62,104 nucleotides of DNA, taken from positions 1-62,104 of the forward strand of contig PUMD01000137.1 of assembly GCA_003551215.1 (NCBI GenBank), written 5' to 3'. How positions within the stretch are numbered: position 1 is the stretch's first letter; the number at the start of each line of letters is the position of its first letter. This DNA comes from Clostridia bacterium (lineage in GTDB: Bacteria > Bacillota > Sulfobacillia > SLMV01). The position numbers and the translations under genes are program-made. The notes under the pieces are model-generated. The model saw nothing but the letters and a program-made list of their open reading frames with translations. It was not told the origin of the DNA and ran no database searches. Positions 35,552-45,076 of the stretch are shown piece by piece.

Positions 35552-36760
35552 TCAGTCCTCCCATCCCCTCTGCACATCACCGCCGCCGTTCATCCAGCCC
35601 AGGATGCCTCTCCGGAGGCTGTATACCCGTCTGTACCCCTGCTGGCGGAGAAAGTAGGTAGCCCGGGCACTGCGCACTCCCATCTGGCAGTAGACGACGG
35701 CGCAGGAGCTATCCTCAAGCACCCCGGCAACCCTATCCATCTTTCCCTGCTGCAGCGAAGACAGCGGGACATGGACGCTTTGCGGTATCCTGATAATCCT
35801 TCGCTCCACTTTTTTGCGTACATCCACCAAAAGACAGCTGCCGTCGTGCACGGACGGGACGATGTCCCGGGCGCTCACTTCCCACTGACTCCTGTTGTCG
35901 ATGAAGGACTCGGGAAGCTTCTGTCGATCATCTGTCTCCGCGGGTGGTGCAGTCCCGCAAAATGCGCCGTAATCGATCAGTTCGGTGACCGTCGGCGAGT
36001 CTCCGCACACCGGGCAGTCGGGGTCGCGCTCCCAATCAAATACTGTGTACATGCCCCCTGCAGCATCATATACCAGCATGCGGTTGAGCAGCGGTTCGCC
36101 AATCTGCAGCAGTAGTTTGAGCGCTTCGGTGGCCTGCAGCGTCCCCATATGACCCGGTACCGTACCGAGCACCCCCGCACCAGAACAGCTGGGCACAGAA
36201 TCAGCAGGAGGCGGTGAGGGATAAAGGCAGCGGTAACAGCCAAAACCGGGGGCAAACACAGTGGCCTGCCCCATAAACTGCAAAACGCTGGCATCGACGA
36301 GGGGTTTTCTCATCAAGACGCAGGCATCGTTCAACAGATATCTGGTGGGGAAATTATCGCATCCATTTACCACCACATCGTAACCTTCAATCACGCCCCT
36401 GGCATTATCCTGGTTCAAAAATGAGTCGTAAATATCTATCTCAACATCCGGGTTGATGTTCAGCAGGTGCTCGGCTGCCGACGAAGTCTTCTTTCGGCCC
36501 ACATCTGCGGTCTTATGCAGGATCTGGCGGTGCAGATTCTCCAGGGTCACGCGGTCTTTGTCAACCAGGCCGATTGTTCCCACCCCGGCCGCAGCCAGGT
36601 ATATGGCAGCTGGTGAACCCAACCCGCCTGCCCCGACCACCAGGGCGCTGCTTTCTGACAGTTTTTGCTGTCCGCGCGCTCCGACTTCACCGAGGATCAT
36701 CTGACGACTATAGCGCCGCAACTGCCCATCTTCAAACATGATGTCCTGCTCACCGTTCAT
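35552..36760 (-). CDS. MoeB/ThiF-type E1-like adenylyltransferase fused to a C-terminal rhodanese domain
   Basis: RYSRQMILGEVGARGQQKL..VVGAGGLGSPAAIYLAAAGVG (nucleotide-binding), CxxC pairs (CYRC, CPVC), and rhodanese loop VVYCQMGVRSA. ATG 36760 lies 6 nt after GGAGG. Confidence 0.85.
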   Translation of the reverse strand: MNGEQDIMFEDGQLRRYSRQMILGEVGARGQQKLSESSALVVGAGGLGSPAAIYLAAAGVGTIGLVDKDRVTLENLHRQILHKTADVGRKKTSSAAEHLLNINPDVEIDIYDSFLNQDNARGVIEGYDVVVNGCDNFPTRYLLNDACVLMRKPLVDASVLQFMGQATVFAPGFGCYRCLYPSPPPADSVPSCSGAGVLGTVPGHMGTLQATEALKLLLQIGEPLLNRMLVYDAAGGMYTVFDWERDPDCPVCGDSPTVTELIDYGAFCGTAPPAETDDRQKLPESFIDNRSQWEVSARDIVPSVHDGSCLLVDVRKKVERRIIRIPQSVHVPLSSLQQGKMDRVAGVLEDSSCAVVYCQMGVRSARATYFLRQQGYRRVYSLRRGILGWMNGGGDVQRGWED

Positions 36761-37703
36761 CACAAACCTCCAATCCCCAACGACAGGTAGCAAAGTCTCC
36801 CTGCCGAGCAGCGCATCCTGCCTGGGCACAGCCATACGTGTTGCAGATTGCAGGGGATAGACCGCCTTCATCAGCAGCGTCGTTACCGTGTATTTGCTGC
36901 TGCATCCTGTGCGGTTGCCCGGTAAATGGACGCGGATAGCTGAGCATGAAGGCCACCTCGCAGCAAAATGATGTCAGGAACCTGTACCCAACGGCTGCCT
37001 GAGGGTTGAAATCCCCCAGCCGCTAATATTATAACCGCTAATATCATTATGTAGAAACAGAATACCGCCCAAACACTCCCTGTTGTCAAGCACTGGTCAA
37101 ATACAGCTGCAGTTATCATCGTTATTCATTCCATGAACTCGGAGTGCAGGTTCGCACCACAGGTCAGCTGGCCTTTGCTCCAAGCAGATTGCCTCATCGG
37201 GCAGCCGGGCGGGAAAACCACGATTGGATGGACCGACCTGGCTCATAATACAGCCACTCGGGGCACCCATAATGCACCCCCGCGGCTGGCGGTATCGGAC
37301 CCTCATGAGCCTCAAGGCACGATTGCTGGCCGGGGTCCTACTTACCAAAGATGCGGGACAACTGGTGGGATGCTATAAGGGCACTTCAGTTCTGGACATC
37401 AGAAAGCGGTGAGCACCGACTGCCCGACAGGGCCCTTCATAGTTGCAGGGCCAGATAAACAAGGTGGCTTTCAACTCAGGGCAGATAGGCTGATTGTCAT
37501 GAGTCATCATACCGGATGCCGGTTCGGACATATACAGCCCGCAAACGGTGAAGTTTGCAGGGCATTTATCCATCCTGCTGACCGCCACACAGCAGGCTGT
37601 GGCATTGCCGAGTTGTCTTTGCTATCACTGCCGGTTGGCGACCTGACCGCAGTGCAGTCTGGCCTCAGAAGCGGGATATCGGCACCGGCCAGCTGAGCAC
37701 AAG

Positions 37704-40025
37704 CTACTCTGCTGACTCGCCGACGATGCGGCGGAAAGCCGATACAACCGCGGGGTCAAACTGGCTGCCGGAGTTTCGGCATATCTCTGCGATCGCCTGG
37801 CCTTTGCTCATGGCCGACCGGTACGGCTGATCATGCGTCATCACATCGTAGGCGTCGGCTAGCGCCAGTATACGCGCCTGCAGCGGAATATCTTCGCCAG
37901 CAAGACCCCTGGGATAGCCGCTGCCGTCATACCGTTCGTGATGGCACAGGATCGCCTCGGCTACCGGGGCGAACTCGGGCACCGTGCGGGCTATGCGATA
38001 ACCTATCTCGGGATGTCTCTCGATCTCCCTTGTCTCCTGAGCGGTCAGCGGGCCGCGCTTCAGCAAAACAGAGTTGGCCACGGCTATCTTGCCAATATCG
38101 TGCAGCTGCGCCAGCAGCTCGAGCTTGCTGATTTCATTCTCCGAGAGACCAAGCTCCTTCGCCAGTGCTGTGCACATCCACTGAAGCCGCCTCACGTGCT
38201 CTGACGTCTCGCTGGTCCTTTCCTCCAGCACTGACATCAGCGACTGAATTATTGAGTATCGGGCGCTGTCCTGCTGAAGCAGTTTGTCCCGATACATCCT
38301 TTCTTCAGCCCGGCTGAGCAGCTTCCAGATGTCCTCGCTTGGGTCCTCCTTGGTTGCCGCTCCCAACGATATGGACACCGTAAAGGGTTTGTCTTGCTGC
38401 TGACGGCACCTCAAGCGCAGCCGTGCGATTACCGCATCGGCGACTTGCGCAGAAGTCCGGGGCAGCAGTATGGCAAACTCATCCCCTCCGGTCCGGGCCA
38501 GTATATCCTCACCGCGGCAGGCCCCCTGCAGGATATCCGCCACATTCTGCAAAAGCCTGTCTCCCTCGGCATGACCAAAGGCGTCATTCACGAGCTTGAG
38601 GCCATTTATGTCCACCATAACTACCGTAATAGGAAACTGCCGGGGTACGTCGAGGCGCGACATCTGATCCTCGAAGTATGCCCGGTTGTACAGTCCGGTA
38701 AGCTGGTCGTGGAAGCTGAGGTAGCGAAGCTTCCTTTCCACCTCTTTGCGGCCGGTGATATCGCGCATTATCAGCAGACTGGCGCCGTCCTCGCGATAGG
38801 TTATTGCGTTGACGTTTACTCCAATGTGCACCGAACTGCCGTCCTTGTGCTGAAGGACAGTCTCGTAGGTGCCGGGAATGCTGCCGCCGCCGCTGCGGGC
38901 CTGATCGAAAAACTGCAGGCGGTCCCGCTCGGCCGGATGCACATAGGTCATCCACCTGGTGTTTGCAACCTCCTCCGGCCGGTAACCCAGGATGGGCTCC
39001 ACCGCTGAGTTGATGTAAACGCAGCGGTCTCGCTCCACGATAGCAATCATATCCTGTGCGTTTTCAACCAGCGTACGATACTTCTCCTCGCTTTCCTGCA
39101 GGGCAATGCGGGCCTGCACTTCGGCGGTTCGCTCACCGACTGAACCGGCTATCAGCACTGTCTGCCCGTCCTCAACAATTGGTGCCAGCTGTATGGTAAG
39201 ATACAGCGGCTCCTTTTTGCAGTGCCTTTCCAGCTCAAAGGACAAAAACCGCTGCTGCTGGCAGCATGCGTTCAAATGCTCCCACACCTCGCTGTAGTCG
39301 GCCCGCGGAAGGAGGTCCGAAGCCGGCATGCCTTTACCCTGACCCTTCAGCAGGCCGAACAGCTGCTCGAAGGCAGAATTGGCCTCCCGCAGGACAAAGT
39401 CGCCCGCTGAAACCGGTTCGGCCAGAAACATTCCATCTCTCATACCTTCCAGTATGACCCCGTAGCGGGAAGCCAGGCGTCGCGCCTGGCGCTGCTCGTG
39501 CTGCAGGCGTGCCTGACTCCTTATCCGTCCGATAGCCGCAGCCGTATGTGCAGCCAGAATTTCCAGAAGCCGCGAATCCTCCCGGCTGAAGGCGCCCACT
39601 TCCGCCGAGACGCACTGAATCACGCCGATGTCACCGAGGGGCACGCTCAGAAGAGATCTGTACTCCGGCAGGACCCGCTCCGCACGTGGGTCGCTGCGCA
39701 TATCATCAAGGATGTAGGTCTCGCCGGTGCTGTAAGTGAGGCCGATAATGCCGCGGTCTGGCGGTATGGACGCGATCCCATCCTCCGGCACGCCAGCTGA
39801 AGTGCTCTGCGGGACCAACATTCCGTCACGCAAAACCGAAACCACTGACTTTGTGATGTGCAGAATATTCTCTACCGCCCGCACGCACATTTCGTATACC
39901 GTCTGCTCGTCAGCGGCACCCTCCATCTGCAGCACGACCTCGTGCAGCCTCTCTATGCGTTTCTGCGTCTTCTGCAGCATTACATTGGAATTGCCCGACT
40001 CATCCACCCTTGGAGCGCCAGTCAT
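37704..40025 (-). CDS. GAF-PAS-PAS-GGDEF-HD-GYP multidomain c-di-GMP signalling protein
   Basis: GGDEF active site RTGGDEFAILL with the I-site RGED five residues upstream. HD-GYP motifs HDIGKIAV and HHERYDGSGYPRGL. GGAGGGG lies 5 nt upstream of the ATG. Confidence 0.9.
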   Translation of the reverse strand: MTGAPRVDESGNSNVMLQKTQKRIERLHEVVLQMEGAADEQTVYEMCVRAVENILHITKSVVSVLRDGMLVPQSTSAGVPEDGIASIPPDRGIIGLTYSTGETYILDDMRSDPRAERVLPEYRSLLSVPLGDIGVIQCVSAEVGAFSREDSRLLEILAAHTAAAIGRIRSQARLQHEQRQARRLASRYGVILEGMRDGMFLAEPVSAGDFVLREANSAFEQLFGLLKGQGKGMPASDLLPRADYSEVWEHLNACCQQQRFLSFELERHCKKEPLYLTIQLAPIVEDGQTVLIAGSVGERTAEVQARIALQESEEKYRTLVENAQDMIAIVERDRCVYINSAVEPILGYRPEEVANTRWMTYVHPAERDRLQFFDQARSGGGSIPGTYETVLQHKDGSSVHIGVNVNAITYREDGASLLIMRDITGRKEVERKLRYLSFHDQLTGLYNRAYFEDQMSRLDVPRQFPITVVMVDINGLKLVNDAFGHAEGDRLLQNVADILQGACRGEDILARTGGDEFAILLPRTSAQVADAVIARLRLRCRQQQDKPFTVSISLGAATKEDPSEDIWKLLSRAEERMYRDKLLQQDSARYSIIQSLMSVLEERTSETSEHVRRLQWMCTALAKELGLSENEISKLELLAQLHDIGKIAVANSVLLKRGPLTAQETREIERHPEIGYRIARTVPEFAPVAEAILCHHERYDGSGYPRGLAGEDIPLQARILALADAYDVMTHDQPYRSAMSKGQAIAEICRNSGSQFDPAVVSAFRRIVGESAE

Positions 40026-41304
40026 TCCATCCCCTCCAAATCAATACATCGATATCCTGGCGGTGCCCGCTCGTCCGGCCACAGACACTTCAGCCCTGCA
40101 GGCTGCGCAAGCATCTACGTGCAGCCTGCACACACCAAGTAGAAACATTTTACACCCAGCGGACATTTTCGACAATGACATTGCTGATCTTATCTATCTT
40201 GCAGGCTCATTCGCTACTGCTTGAGAACGAAGGGGTGTCCGGAGAAGGCCTTGTTTCCTAGGGGATGCTGTCTGTGAATCACGCCCAAACCTGAGGATGA
40301 AAAGGACAAACCGGTGAGGTGGACAGCGGAGGCGGACCACCTCCCGGGTAGTCAATAGGGCTATGCCGAGTGCAAGCACATCCAGGTCGGTCAAAGTAGC
40401 GAAGGTCATTTGCAGGGGGAATACGACAGGAACTTGACAACGGCTCTGCGGGTCTTGTCTAAGATCTCGCCGGCCATAACAGTTCCGAGAAGGAAGCATT
40501 CGCTTCTTCTCCGGCTGGGATCCGAACAGCTGGATCAGCTGGGCACCGTAGTTCTGGGTACCGTCCAAGGTGACATGTTGCTCCTTATTCTAATTTCTCT
40601 CCCTCAATGTCCATGGCTTCTCCGCACTGCTTCAGTATCCCGAGTGGATCCTCTTTTTCATCAAGCAGTTCCCTGACCGTACTCATCGCCCCGTCTTCCC
40701 GCATGTTGACGATGGCGTCCACCAGGATTCTCAGCCATGATCCTTGCTTTCTCGGAAACATCCCGGGTTTGCGCGCATCAGACTCCTTACCTGCGTTACA
40801 ACTCCGCAAGACTGCATCCCGGTATGCCGCTGCAAAGCGGCAGCCGACTTGTGGGTTTTGGATTGTGACATGTGTAATTTTTACCCTGCGTGGATAGTGT
40901 TCTACGTGCCGCTGCAGATCCTTCCCAAAAGGGCCAGATGCAACGCAGCTTCGGGGTCAACCGGACTATGAATCCTCATCCTGCGTCATCTCATTGAAGC
41001 CCGCGCGACGCCAAAAAAAGCCAAAGAAACCATAAAAACCGGTATTGCCGATCACCAGACCCGAAAGTCCAAGCAGCCCAACAGACTCAGGTACCGAAGG
41101 GGGCTAGATCTCATCATCTTACCACCCCCCTGTGTTAAGTATTTATCACACCATGTGCATATCATATGCCCGGCGGCGGACAGAAGTGAGCTTCCCGCGG
41201 GGCAGGCGCAATGTTAGGGTCGGAAGCAGCAAGTTCCTCTGACGTCGATTGAACCTACCAGCACCCGCGGATTTTGGGCCGCAGGCGAAGGGAAAAAGCC
41301 AGTT

Positions 41305-41880
41305 TTATCCGGTGTCGATGAAACCGGGATAGGAAAAGTGCATCTGCCGAAACACCCAGCCGCTATCTTCTCTGCTCAGCACGGCTGACCACCGCAGCTT
41401 CCAGAATCTGAATTCTTCAGTCTCGGAGTGAGGAGGACCCGGCGCCGATTTCTTCAGCAGCTTCTGCAGCCGCAGAGGAAGATCCTCGATGCCGTCTGGC
41501 TGCACCCGGCAGCCGGCGCAGTCGTCATCCTGGGCTGCAGTCCGCCGCAAAATTCCGACCGCAGCAACCCACGCCACCGCGTCTTTTCCGGATATGTGGG
41601 CACCGTCTATATCAATGGTCAGCCGCCCCCACGAACGCCAGTCCTGCCGGATTAGATCAAGGCACTGACTTTTCCCCTCGCACCACTCGTAACCGCCGCG
41701 GTGAGAAGCACTGGTGCCCACAATTATCAGATCACAATCCTGGGGCAAAAGCTGCTGTGCCAGCTTATGTGCCTTTTCGTCATTGCGATCATGATAATAC
41801 TGCTGAAAAATCCGCAGCGTTTCAGCAACCTCCTGACGCAACCTGCGTAACGATGAATCACCCTGCTTCATGAACAACAC
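41305..41880 (-). CDS. NTF2-like (SnoaL/DUF4440-like) domain protein
   Basis: 191 aa. The pattern FQQYYHDRNDEKAHKL...DCDLIIVGTS...GKDAVAWVAAVGIL resembles NTF2-fold proteins. Weak, by-eye call. Confidence 0.4.
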   Translation of the reverse strand: MLFMKQGDSSLRRLRQEVAETLRIFQQYYHDRNDEKAHKLAQQLLPQDCDLIIVGTSASHRGGYEWCEGKSQCLDLIRQDWRSWGRLTIDIDGAHISGKDAVAWVAAVGILRRTAAQDDDCAGCRVQPDGIEDLPLRLQKLLKKSAPGPPHSETEEFRFWKLRWSAVLSREDSGWVFRQMHFSYPGFIDTG

Positions 41881-41992
41881 CTGTCCCTTCCCTCACAGAC
41901 CACTCACAGTGCAAAGCCGGCAGGGCAAATCTCATCCGACTCATCAAATCCCCGCGGGCAGTTGCTCCGCCGCATTACCAGCCGCTTCCTCC

Positions 41993-44581
41993 TCAACCCC
42001 GACCAACATCAATCTCCCCCTGCTCTATCAGCCGGCAGAACATATCGACGATCTCGGGATCGAACTGACTGCCTGAGCACTCCTTCAGCTCCGCGGTCGC
42101 CTCTCCAACAGAAACCGGCTCGCTGTATGGTCTGTCGTTGGTCATGGCGTCGAAGGCATCCACCACTGCAACGATCCGCGCCAGCAGGGGAATGTCCTCG
42201 CCAGCCAGGCCCCGCGGATACCCGGTGCCGTCCCACTGTTCGTGATGAGACAGTATATCGTTGGCCACGTGGGCAAACTCCTCGGTGGACGAGGCTATGC
42301 GGTAGCCGATCTCCGGGTGTCGCCGAACTGCTTTCCACTCCTTTTCGGTCAGGGACCCGGGTTTGGTGAGTATGTCCTCGGATATGGTGATCTTGCCGAC
42401 GTCGTGAAGCGACGCCAGCAATGCTAGCCTGTCCAGTTCACTGGCCGGCAAGCTCAGCTCCTCCCCCAGCCGCAGCGACATCTGCTGCAGGCGCCAGGCA
42501 TGCTGTTCGGTCTCGTGGGTTTTGGCCCCCAGGGTACGAAGCAGGGTGGTCAGAACGGCGTTTTTTGTGCTTCTGCTTTTTGACAGCTTCCTTTTGTACA
42601 TGGTGTCTTCAGCCTCCTGCAGGATCTCATAGATCTCCTGCCCTGGTTCCTCCTTGGTAGCCGACCCAAGGGAAATTGATACGGGGACATCCGACTGGGA
42701 AACATCATCGCAGGCCTGCGCTATCCGGTCGCAGATGGCCTGCGCCTGCGCAGATGATGTCTCGGGGAGCAAAATGAGGAACTCATCGCCTCCCCAGCGG
42801 GCAATTATGTCCTCCTGCCGGCACGACTCCTGTAGGATCTGTGCCACCTTCTTCAAAACCTCGTCCCCCTGCTCGTGGCCAAAGGCATCGTTTACCAGCT
42901 TTAGGCCGTTAACATCAGCCATAATGATGCTGATGGGCAGCTGCCGCGTTACATCCAGCCTGTTTATCTCCTCCTCCAGATAGGCGCGGTTGCGCAGGCC
43001 GGTCAGGCTGTCGTGAAAGCTGAGGAACCGCAGCCTCTGCTCCGCGAGCCGCCGTTCGGTCACATCCTCGTGAGCGATCACCACGCGGCTTGAGCCGTTG
43101 TCCTGGCCCACGTGACGGGTCACCCGCCCCACGAACCACCTCTTCTGATCCGGCGAATGACATGGGTATTCCAGGTCAAAAAACTCGCGCTCACCGCGCA
43201 TTACCGAACGTATGCCGTCGGCAAACCGCCTGGCGGTTTCCCGGTCCTCATCCTCGACCTCATCGCAGACCTGCAGGTAATTGACCCCCACCTGCACCTT
43301 CTGCAGATCAGCGCCGTTTTCCACCGCGAACTCCAGCCAGGGCTGATTGACAGAGATTATGTTTCCCTGTTCATCGAGGACGCATATGTGGGCGCTCAGC
43401 GAGTTGAGAGTCGACTGAACCAGCCGCTGCGACTCCCGCAGGCGCTGCTTTATCCGGTACTGCTCGGTCACATCGGAAAAGACAACAACCACACCCAGGA
43501 ACTGCTCTCCATCTTCTATTGGGGCCGCTGTGCAGGTTATCTGATGCTGCCCTCCATCCCGGCTGATTAAGGTGGTATCCGACCGGACCTCCTGCAGCAC
43601 CTTCTGCTTCAGCACCCGCTTCACCGGGCACTGCAGCGACTGCCCGCTTGCGGTCTCAGTCAGCCGGAAGACCTGCCCGATGGGTTTGTCATGTGCCTCC
43701 CGGTGCAGCCACCCGGTCAGCTGCTCGGCTGTATCGTTCATCCGGACCACCCTGCCCTGCTGATCGGTCACTATTACCCCGTCACCAATGGACCGCAGGG
43801 TAACTTCCAGGTTCTTTTGGCTCTCCTGAAGGGCCCGCTCGGCCTCTTTCCTCTGGGTGATGTCCACCATAAAACCCCGCAGAACAGCGGGGTTCCCCGC
43901 ATCGTCAAGCTCAACGCTGACCTCATCGCGGAGCCAGGCGACGCCGCCTTCTTTTTTCAAAAAGCGGTACTCGAAGGTGTGTTCCTCTCCGCGCGACGTG
44001 CATTCCATACAGTAATCAACCGCCCACCCGCGGTCGGCAGGATGTATATTTTGCACCCAGAATTGAAGGTCGGTCCACTCGGGGGGGCGGTATCCCAAAA
44101 TATTCTCCGCCTGCGGTGAGACGTAGTCCCAGGAGTCTGTCTTTATGTTGTACTCCCACAGTATTGCCTTCACCGACTCGGCTAACCGCTGAAACTGTTC
44201 TCTGTCCTGACGCAGCTGGTCACGCGCCTGATACGCCCCGGTTATATCCCGATTGATTTCGACGATCCCTGCAATCTGCCCTTCGTCCTCAGGACGGTGC
44301 GGATACACCTGCACATGCCACCGGCGGCCATCCGGCGTGGTCATCTCTCCTTCCTGCCGCTTTCCCGAATGGAGAGTCCCGGGCACGGGACACTCCTCGC
44401 ACCTGCAATCCCTGCCGAACCGTACTTCGTAGCAGTATCTCCCGGTCAGCTCCTCCGGTGACACGTCAAGCGATTCCCCTGCCGCCTGGTTGGCCCACAG
44501 GATTCTGCCTTCAACATCCTGATACAAAACTACTTCCGACATTCCACTGAGCACTGTGTCCACAAAGGTGTTTTCCTGCAT
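41993..44581 (-). CDS. PAS(x4)-GGDEF-HD-GYP multidomain c-di-GMP signalling protein
   Basis: RWGGDEFLILL with the I-site RQED. HDVGKITI and HHEQWDGTGYPRGL. Four PAS-like blocks. ATG 44581 is preferred (GGGGGT upstream); the ORF track opens at GTG 44611. Confidence 0.9.
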   Translation of the reverse strand: MQENTFVDTVLSGMSEVVLYQDVEGRILWANQAAGESLDVSPEELTGRYCYEVRFGRDCRCEECPVPGTLHSGKRQEGEMTTPDGRRWHVQVYPHRPEDEGQIAGIVEINRDITGAYQARDQLRQDREQFQRLAESVKAILWEYNIKTDSWDYVSPQAENILGYRPPEWTDLQFWVQNIHPADRGWAVDYCMECTSRGEEHTFEYRFLKKEGGVAWLRDEVSVELDDAGNPAVLRGFMVDITQRKEAERALQESQKNLEVTLRSIGDGVIVTDQQGRVVRMNDTAEQLTGWLHREAHDKPIGQVFRLTETASGQSLQCPVKRVLKQKVLQEVRSDTTLISRDGGQHQITCTAAPIEDGEQFLGVVVVFSDVTEQYRIKQRLRESQRLVQSTLNSLSAHICVLDEQGNIISVNQPWLEFAVENGADLQKVQVGVNYLQVCDEVEDEDRETARRFADGIRSVMRGEREFFDLEYPCHSPDQKRWFVGRVTRHVGQDNGSSRVVIAHEDVTERRLAEQRLRFLSFHDSLTGLRNRAYLEEEINRLDVTRQLPISIIMADVNGLKLVNDAFGHEQGDEVLKKVAQILQESCRQEDIIARWGGDEFLILLPETSSAQAQAICDRIAQACDDVSQSDVPVSISLGSATKEEPGQEIYEILQEAEDTMYKRKLSKSRSTKNAVLTTLLRTLGAKTHETEQHAWRLQQMSLRLGEELSLPASELDRLALLASLHDVGKITISEDILTKPGSLTEKEWKAVRRHPEIGYRIASSTEEFAHVANDILSHHEQWDGTGYPRGLAGEDIPLLARIVAVVDAFDAMTNDRPYSEPVSVGEATAELKECSGSQFDPEIVDMFCRLIEQGEIDVGRG

Positions 44582-45035
44582 TTCCCCTACCCCCAGATAA
44601 AACCAATACACAAAGTAGATTGTCGCGCATTGTATCGCCGCTGACCCACAAGGCAGAGCCGTTGCAACCTATTCGAAAACTGTACTCATTCGGTCAGGAC
44701 CAAGGAATCTGTGACCAGTGTGTTCGTCAATCGTTGACCGGAGAGAGGTGAAGGGTCCTCTGCAAGGCGGTATGCGTGAGCATCCTTTTTGGCAGGCTCT
44801 GTTTCCGTATCGGAAGCACCTGTGATGACGGTTTCCCCTATCCATTTCGCCAAATCCGCAGCAGACGAACGCAATCGACATTATATTCTTTGCATTTTCA
44901 TCTATTGTAACGTATTTAAGAGGATGGGCGCCTCTTTTGTCAAGTGTAGACATTTATTTGAGATTGACTGAAGCACAACTGCGCAGACGAGCCGCCTGGG
45001 GCCTGTGCTGCCGGCGGTCGGTTAACTATTTTTGA

Positions 45036-45064
45036 GCCCGGCTCACAGAAGACCCGGGCCTTTT
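45036..45064 (+). terminator. terminator-like hairpin oriented for the plus strand
   Basis: GCCCGG/CCGGGC stem (45036-45041 / 45054-45059) with a 12-nt loop, followed by CTTTTGCTT. No annotated plus-strand gene lies upstream. Confidence 0.25.
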
Positions 45065-45076
45065 GCTTAATCCTTA

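Noticed and set aside
40585-40809. Small ORF resembling the helical cap of corrinoid (B12)-binding proteins
   Set aside because: The similarity is limited to a loose LxxAIxxxxxxxxxxxVxxLLxxxxDPLxIL pattern. No DxHxxG/Rossmann B12-binding segment follows in any frame, and no SD sits at a suitable distance.
40966-41100. VPES + hydrophobic stretch + RR, considered as a PEP-CTERM or sortase sorting signal
   Set aside because: An in-frame TAG lies 4 codons upstream of the VPES, so there is no attached protein. The motif is not PEP or LPxTG/LAxTG, and 13 residues follow the basic pair. It is treated instead as a possible small membrane peptide.
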